From NCBI GenBank assembly GCA_963797095.1, contig CAWCNY010000001.1:114061-178060 (forward strand): a stretch of 64,000 nucleotides of DNA. The letters run 5' to 3'. This stretch comes from an uncultured Chloroflexia bacterium (GTDB taxonomy: Bacteria; Chloroflexota; Chloroflexia; QHBQ01; JADMIH01). The notes under the pieces are model-generated. The model was not told the DNA's origin and made no database searches. It worked only from the letters and a program-made list of their open reading frames with translations. Position numbers and translations under genes: made by a program. Positions 58,604 to 64,000 of this stretch are shown here, piece by piece (the first letter of the stretch is position 1; each line of letters begins with the position of its first letter).

Positions 58604-58749
58604 CAAAATGATGCGTAAGACGTGACACGTATTAATTGAGGGCGAAAAACAACCGGTGACGAGTCGATACGCAGTAAGCAGTATCCAACAGTCAACTATT
58701 ACGTTTCACGTTTTGCGCTTCCCATACCACTCCCTAGAGAGAGAGCAGA

Positions 58750-61077
58750 ATGAAGTTCACAGATGGATACTGGCATATACGCCCCAACGTCGTCCCACAC
58801 TTCGCGGTACAGGTGCAGGAGATGGAGGCCGGGAACGGTGTGCTCACGGTTTACGCAGCCACCGAGCGTGTAGTCAACCGCGGCGATACCCTGGACCTGC
58901 CTATGCTGACGGCGCAGTTCTCCTCGCCGATGCCCAACATCATCCGCGTCCGAATCTACCACCACAAAGGCGGGCAACCCCGCAAGCCTCAATTCTCACT
59001 TGAGTCGCCAGGCGATTATCAGGCGGGGATTGAGCAAGACGCAGAAGCTATCACCCTTACCAGCGGACAACTCAGCGTGCGAGTGCAAAAAGGCGAGTGG
59101 CGGGTGGAGTTCAGGGACGGCGACAGGGTCATTACTGGCAGCGGCCATCATGGGGCAGGTTACGTGGAGACCCGGGAGGGTAACTACATTCACGAGCAGC
59201 TTGACCTCGCAGTTGGCGAATGCGTGTATGGCCTGGGCGAGAGGTTCACCCCTTTTGTCAAGAACGGGCAGGTTGTCGATCTCTGGAACGAAGATGGGGG
59301 CACCGGCAGCGAGCAGGCCTACAAGAACGTGCCTTTCTATCTCACCAATCGAGGATACGGAGTCTTCATCAACCACCCGGAGCGAGTGTCGCTGGAGGTG
59401 GCCTCTGAAAAGGTGGAGAGGGTGCAGTTCAGCGTGCCGGGAGAGATGCTCGAATACTACATCATCTACGGCCCGTCACCCAAACAGGTGCTGAAGCGCT
59501 ATACCGCCCTCACGGGCCGACCCGCTCTCCCCCCCGCCTGGTCATTCGGCCTCTGGCTTTCCACCTCATTCACCACCGAATACGACGAGGAGACAGTCAC
59601 GAGCTTTATCGAGGGCATGGCCGACCGCGACCTCCCTTTGCACGTATTTCATTTCGACACTTTCTGGATGAAAGAATTCCACTGGGTGGATTTGCAGTGG
59701 GATGAGCGAGTGTTCCCCGACCCCAAAGCTATGCTTGAGCGGTTGAAAGCCCGCGGGCTGCATATATGTGTTTGGATCAATCCATACGTCGCCCAACAAT
59801 CAGCCATGTTCGACGAGGGTACGGAGAAAGGCTACCTGCTCAAGAGACCCGACGGCGATGTGTGGCAGTGGGACCGCTGGCAAGCCGGAATGGCACTGGT
59901 GGATTTCACCAACCCGGACGCCCGCCGCTGGTACGGAGATAAGTTGTGTGCCTTGCAAGATATGGGCGTTGATTGCTTCAAGACCGACTTCGGAGAGCGC
60001 GTACCCACCGATGTTGTCTACTTTGATGGGTCAGACCCCTACAAGATGCACAATTACTACGCCTATCTATACCACGAGACCGTGTTCCGGGCGCTGGAGG
60101 AACGGCGTGGGGTGGGTGATGCTGTTCTATTCTCGCGGGCTGCCACGACCGGGGACCAGCGTTTCCCCGTACATTGGGGTGGGGACTCCACAGCCACTTT
60201 CCCGTCCATGGCCGAGAGCCTCCGCGGAGGATTGTCGTTGGGGTTGTCGGGGTTCGGCTTCTGGAGTCATGACATAGGGGGGTTTGAGCAGACTTCCACC
60301 CCCGACCTGTACAAGCGCTGGTGCGCGTTTGGGCTCCTCTCATCGCACAGCCGCCTGCACGGCAGCCATTCCTACCGCGTACCCTGGCTGTTCGACGAAG
60401 AAGCGGTCGACGTGTTGCGCTTTTTCACCAGGCTAAAGTGCCGGTTGATGCCCTACCTGTTTGGCGCGGCGAGCGAGGCCCACGACACCGGCGTGCCATT
60501 GATGCGGGCCATGATGCTGGAGTTCCCGAACGACCCCGCCTGCGATTACCTGGACCGCCAGTACATGCTGGGTGGCGCTCTCCTTGTGGCTCCCGTCTTC
60601 TCGCCGGATGGCATTGTAGATTATTACCTGCCGACCGGACGCTGGACGAACTTCCTGACCGGCCAGGTGGTGGAGGGCAATCGATGGCTCCGCGAAAAGC
60701 ACGGCTACATGAGCCTGCCCTTGTTTGTGCGCTCGAATTCGATCATCCCGGTTGGACCTGAAGAGCAACGTCCCGACTATGAATATGCCAACGGCGTGAC
60801 CTTTCACGTCTTTGAGCTGGATGATGGAGCGACTTGCCAGGCAATGGTGCCAACTCAGACCGGCGAGGTTGCCGCGATAGCCAGTGCGAGCCGGGCAGGG
60901 CAGAACGTGAAAGTCCAGGTGCATAGCTCACCGGGGTCCTGGCGCGTGCTCCTGCGAGGTACGAGTAAGACCCACTGCCAGGTAAATGGCGGCACTGCCG
61001 ACCCGGATGCTTTGGGTGTGCTTATAACTCCTGACCAGGATGCCGAACAAATAACCATCTATCTGAGCGAGGTATAG
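58750..61077 (+). CDS. GH31 alpha-xylosidase (YicI-like)
   Basis: MKFTDGYWHIRPNV..., WNEDGGTGSEQAYKNVPFYLTNRGYGVFINHP, CFKTDFGERVP and HWGGDSTATF. Confidence 0.85.
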   Translation: MKFTDGYWHIRPNVVPHFAVQVQEMEAGNGVLTVYAATERVVNRGDTLDLPMLTAQFSSPMPNIIRVRIYHHKGGQPRKPQFSLESPGDYQAGIEQDAEAITLTSGQLSVRVQKGEWRVEFRDGDRVITGSGHHGAGYVETREGNYIHEQLDLAVGECVYGLGERFTPFVKNGQVVDLWNEDGGTGSEQAYKNVPFYLTNRGYGVFINHPERVSLEVASEKVERVQFSVPGEMLEYYIIYGPSPKQVLKRYTALTGRPALPPAWSFGLWLSTSFTTEYDEETVTSFIEGMADRDLPLHVFHFDTFWMKEFHWVDLQWDERVFPDPKAMLERLKARGLHICVWINPYVAQQSAMFDEGTEKGYLLKRPDGDVWQWDRWQAGMALVDFTNPDARRWYGDKLCALQDMGVDCFKTDFGERVPTDVVYFDGSDPYKMHNYYAYLYHETVFRALEERRGVGDAVLFSRAATTGDQRFPVHWGGDSTATFPSMAESLRGGLSLGLSGFGFWSHDIGGFEQTSTPDLYKRWCAFGLLSSHSRLHGSHSYRVPWLFDEEAVDVLRFFTRLKCRLMPYLFGAASEAHDTGVPLMRAMMLEFPNDPACDYLDRQYMLGGALLVAPVFSPDGIVDYYLPTGRWTNFLTGQVVEGNRWLREKHGYMSLPLFVRSNSIIPVGPEEQRPDYEYANGVTFHVFELDDGATCQAMVPTQTGEVAAIASASRAGQNVKVQVHSSPGSWRVLLRGTSKTHCQVNGGTADPDALGVLITPDQDAEQITIYLSEV

Positions 61078-61136
61078 CAACCTAGACCGAAGAGGGCTTG
61101 CCCCGATTTGGCCCTGCTCCAATCGCTCTTGTCCTC

Positions 61137-61180
61137 CACGATCCAGGCCGTTGCATCTGTATACAACGGCCTGGATCGTG
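61137..61180. terminator. 17-bp perfect inverted repeat with a 10-nt loop, after the GH31 gene
   Basis: CACGATCCAGGCCGTTG / CATCTGTATA / CAACGGCCTGGATCGTG. Confidence 0.5.
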
Positions 61181-61305
61181 TCTATCAACCATGTGCCAAA
61201 CACCAACCCTTGTAGCGCCAGCCGGATGCCCAATTTCAACCACCCGGCCGGAACCTGAGCACAATCCCTTTCGCATACAACTACGACGACTATTCCTTCA
61301 CGGAT

Positions 61306-62907
61306 ATGACCTCAACCGGCCTGCGTGCCGACATAATCCCAATCTCCGCGATGGAGGACAATACCTACAGCATCCAGGCGAGAAAGGCGGGCGGATGGGC
61401 CAAGTATGCGAATGTTGACATCTCCTCCGTACCGGCCGGTATCGTCCTGCGCGCTTCCAACTCCAATAGCTCAGCCGCTAACGTTGAAGTGTGGATGAAC
61501 GGTCCAAGCGTTGTCGAGGGCGGTACGCTGCTCGGAACGGTCGCGGTACCGGCCACGGGCCACATCCAGACCTATGTGAATGTCGATGCTACACTGGCGG
61601 GCTTCGCCGGCAGCCATGCCGATATCTACCTGGTGTTCCCGACAGCCAACGTGAGCGTCAAGTGGCTGAAGCTCGGAGCCGTAAACTCGTCGGTAGATTC
61701 CGACATCGAAGTAACATCTAACACCTACAACTCCAGCGCTTCCACGTCTCTATCTCGCCTGCATGTGAGGGTTCCGGCGATCGTGTACCAGAAGAGCGGC
61801 ATGCTGCTGATGGAAGCCATGAATAACGGCTCCGGCATCGTGAGCGGCCCCGTGACATGGTCAATCACTGATGAAAGCGCTAACCCGAGTTCCCTGGCAA
61901 CGATCAACAGCTCCGGCCAGCTTACCGCCGCCGGTACAGCCGACGGGACGGTCAGGGCGGTTGCCACATACAATACGCCCGCAGGCCCAATCTCCAACTA
62001 CCTGACCGTAGAGCTACAGAACCAAACTGTGACGGCAAATACCAACGCCGAAGCCGTAGTAATTCGCAGTGGCTACGATTCGCGCCCAGGGGATATATCC
62101 TGGGGACCTAACCAGTTTACAAACTTCGGAGCCATCTACAAGTACCAGGGGACGCTGCTGGTCAGCGCTGTGACCTACCCGGCAGTCAACCCGGCTCGCC
62201 CCGTCACATACACGCTGACCGATGGTATCGGTAATCCGACAAACCTGGCTACCATCATCAGTACCGGAGCCGGTTTCGTCGAGGGACAAACCTCCGGTAA
62301 CAATAACAGAGCTTACAACGCCACAATACAGGCAACCGGACTGGGTGACGGCGATGTATACGTGACAGCTACAACTACAAATGGCCTCTCCTATACGAGC
62401 AAGATCGTAATCCAGAACCAGGAGACGCGAGACCCATACGCCGATCGCTATGAAGCCGAACTGTTCGATGCTTCCGGCAACGTCGGTGGAGGTGGGTCCA
62501 ACCTGCGCGCTGACGATGTCCATGGCGATGACGTGGGCCTCCAACTCAACCGCATCAGAAACAATGATTACGCGGAGTACGACAATCTGGACCTCGGTAC
62601 GGCGGAATACATAGACATGGCCCTTAAGTATATCAAGGTTTCCACCGAACCCGCAACGATCAAGGTTATGGCCGATGATCCGATAACCGGCACCGAGCTT
62701 GGCCGTGTGACCCTGGTCGGCACTTACGATATTGCCACCGGCGACTACGCAAATGTCGTCTACCACTGGCAGGAAACCAACATCCGCCTTCACAGCATCG
62801 GCGGTGTGCACAACGTGTATCTGGTGTTTGAGATATCCCCCAATGTTCCGAATACGGATACATCGAGCACCTATGGCGCTGTAGCGGAATGGCTCGACTC
62901 GGCATAA
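61306..62907 (+). CDS. CBM6/35-like plus Big_2-like carbohydrate-binding protein; start uncertain, no signal peptide seen
   Basis: N-terminal and C-terminal lectin-like modules (YEAELFDASGN...NNDYAEYDNLDLG...VYLVFE). Central VTWSITDESANPSSLATINSSGQLTAAGTADGTVRAVAT. The frame is open back to 61216 with no start codon. Confidence 0.55.
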   Translation: MTSTGLRADIIPISAMEDNTYSIQARKAGGWAKYANVDISSVPAGIVLRASNSNSSAANVEVWMNGPSVVEGGTLLGTVAVPATGHIQTYVNVDATLAGFAGSHADIYLVFPTANVSVKWLKLGAVNSSVDSDIEVTSNTYNSSASTSLSRLHVRVPAIVYQKSGMLLMEAMNNGSGIVSGPVTWSITDESANPSSLATINSSGQLTAAGTADGTVRAVATYNTPAGPISNYLTVELQNQTVTANTNAEAVVIRSGYDSRPGDISWGPNQFTNFGAIYKYQGTLLVSAVTYPAVNPARPVTYTLTDGIGNPTNLATIISTGAGFVEGQTSGNNNRAYNATIQATGLGDGDVYVTATTTNGLSYTSKIVIQNQETRDPYADRYEAELFDASGNVGGGGSNLRADDVHGDDVGLQLNRIRNNDYAEYDNLDLGTAEYIDMALKYIKVSTEPATIKVMADDPITGTELGRVTLVGTYDIATGDYANVVYHWQETNIRLHSIGGVHNVYLVFEISPNVPNTDTSSTYGAVAEWLDSA

Positions 62908-63251
62908 ATTGGTTCCAACTTGAGGCCGCTGACGCATACGCACAGATAGAGCCAAGCAGCCCCATCTCGGTCAGTGTAGGCAGCACCTTCACCGTAGACC
63001 TCCTCATCAACAGTGCTACCCAATCAGTGCTCGCCCAGCAGAGCTACCTCTCCATCCCCAAGTCCCCATGCGAGATTACGTGCTTGCTGAGTGATCCATG
63101 CGGAGGTCGGGTGGGCAGTGCAACCGGCGAGGTACACGCGACGAGTGCTGAGTTGGATAAAGAACAGAGCGTACAGTGTCTTCAACCGGATGGTTTCAAC
63201 TGTGAAGAAATCACAGCCGAGCATGTAGTCCGCGTAATGTCCAAGGAATGA
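62889..63251 (+). pseudogene. Short fragment of a cohesin-like/surface protein truncated at an IS remnant
   Basis: Only about the first 55 residues (ISVSVGSTFTVDLLINSATQSVLAQQSYLS) look protein-like. The rest is antisense to the transposase fragment. Confidence 0.25.
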
Positions 63252-63791
63252 GCGCTAGGTGCTGCTCTCCCTCTTGCGCTGCGGAGAGCGTGGAGTGCGA
63301 CATCGCTTGAGGATGTTCCTCACGCTTGATCGGCTGACTTTGTACCCGAGCTTGAGCAGTTCCCCCTGAATCTTGCTGTAGCCCCATCGTGGGTTCTCGT
63401 TGGCCAGCCGTATGATCAGCTGTTCCAACTCGGCTCGGATAGGCGGCCTGCCAATGGGTTTGTCGTGTTGAAAGGTCCATTTTCGTCGTACCAATTGTCG
63501 GTGCCATCGTAGAACAGTTTCGGGCTTGAACAGCAAGATGACTGCGTTCAGAGAGTGGCCAGTGTCTTCGGTCAAGCCTTTGAAGTGAGCAGCGAGTATC
63601 GATAAAACGCCCTTCTCACATACCGAGACACAGCGTAGCCGAGAGTTGGGGAGTTTGCGTTGCAGGATACGGTGCTGGTGACGGAGTAGGAGTATTTCGA
63701 GGTCTTTCTGCTGATCGAATAAGCTCCGGGTGGCGAGCCTATCAAGGAGCAGTCTGAGAATCTGCATCAACAAGTAGATGTACGTGGTCAC
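63024..63791 (-). pseudogene. HTH plus rve integrase-type IS transposase with an in-frame TAG and a 3' truncation
   Basis: KDLEILLLRHQHRILQRK, FKPETVLRWHRQLVRRKW, LANENPRWGYSKIQGELLKLGYKVSRSSV, then TAG (63255-63257). The same frame continues RSFLGHYADYMLGCDFFTVETIRLKTLYALFFIQLSTRRVYLAGCTAHPTSAWITQQARNLAW and then breaks off. Confidence 0.7.
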
Positions 63792-64000
63792 GCGAAAGCA
63801 TAAAGCGACTTGGGCCTCTATTCAAGGGAGATCGAGGCGTCGGATGCTTTATTGCACATTACAGGGTTCCGTGCTCCAAGATCTGACACTTCCACTCTCC
63901 AGGGCAAGCCAGGCGATTCCAACGCTACGTGCTGTACTTGACGCTAGCAGCGCCGGCGGTTAGAATGAGGGCGACGATCCTAACAAACGGCAGTAACCCT

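Noticed and set aside
62014-62955. 313-aa minus-strand ORF.
   Set aside because: It is antisense to the CBM/Big_2 protein, whose plus-strand frame has lectin-like and Ig-like motifs.

Overview
High-GC bacterial chromosomal segment. It is probably Chloroflexota; this is an inference from SLH and Thr/Pro-rich wall proteins, a FERAVFEYHP-repeat protein and large SARP/cyclase STAND-TPR regulators. No rRNA, tRNA or CRISPR array was recognised.

Left to right, the window contains:
- a VapBC pair next to a chimeric integrase remnant;
- a SARP-STAND regulator and a Zn-ribbon/cyclase-STAND protein bracketing five small alpha+beta-barrel genes and a double cupredoxin;
- a minus-strand HerA-like ATPase operon (HAS-barrel-only partner, small TM ORF, pRiA4-ORF3-like gene), with its expected partner NurA lying 9.5 kb away on the same strand. 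The gap holds a visibly AT-richer insert: decayed genes, a 950-aa SLH wall protein, a Uma2 endonuclease, and a PIN-like gene split by an IS701-like element;
- a dehydrogenase/methyltransferase operon, rsmI and yihY;
- a degraded stretch with few credible genes (34.5-37 kb);
- a GT4 + USP-GpgS compatible-solute pair;
- an ion/metal cluster (bfr, P-type ATPase, CaCA remnant, CNNM, ArsB/NhaD, Spy/CpxP, TreT-YHS);
- a xyloside/xylose locus (xylA, LacI, ABC transporter, GH31 alpha-xylosidase, CBM protein);
- a truncated integrase-type IS.

Four themes recur across the window:
1. Many short tandem repeats with 5-11 nt units sit at gene borders, and several lie inside coding regions.
2. Five frameshifts all fall in short homopolymer runs. 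This argues for assembly error at least as much as for real pseudogenes.
3. Three in-frame TAG codons interrupt otherwise intact genes.
4. A ~150-nt element is duplicated upstream of both bfr and the P-type ATPase.

The most system-like candidate is the split NurA / HerA-like neighbourhood. I cannot show from sequence alone that it is a novel system.
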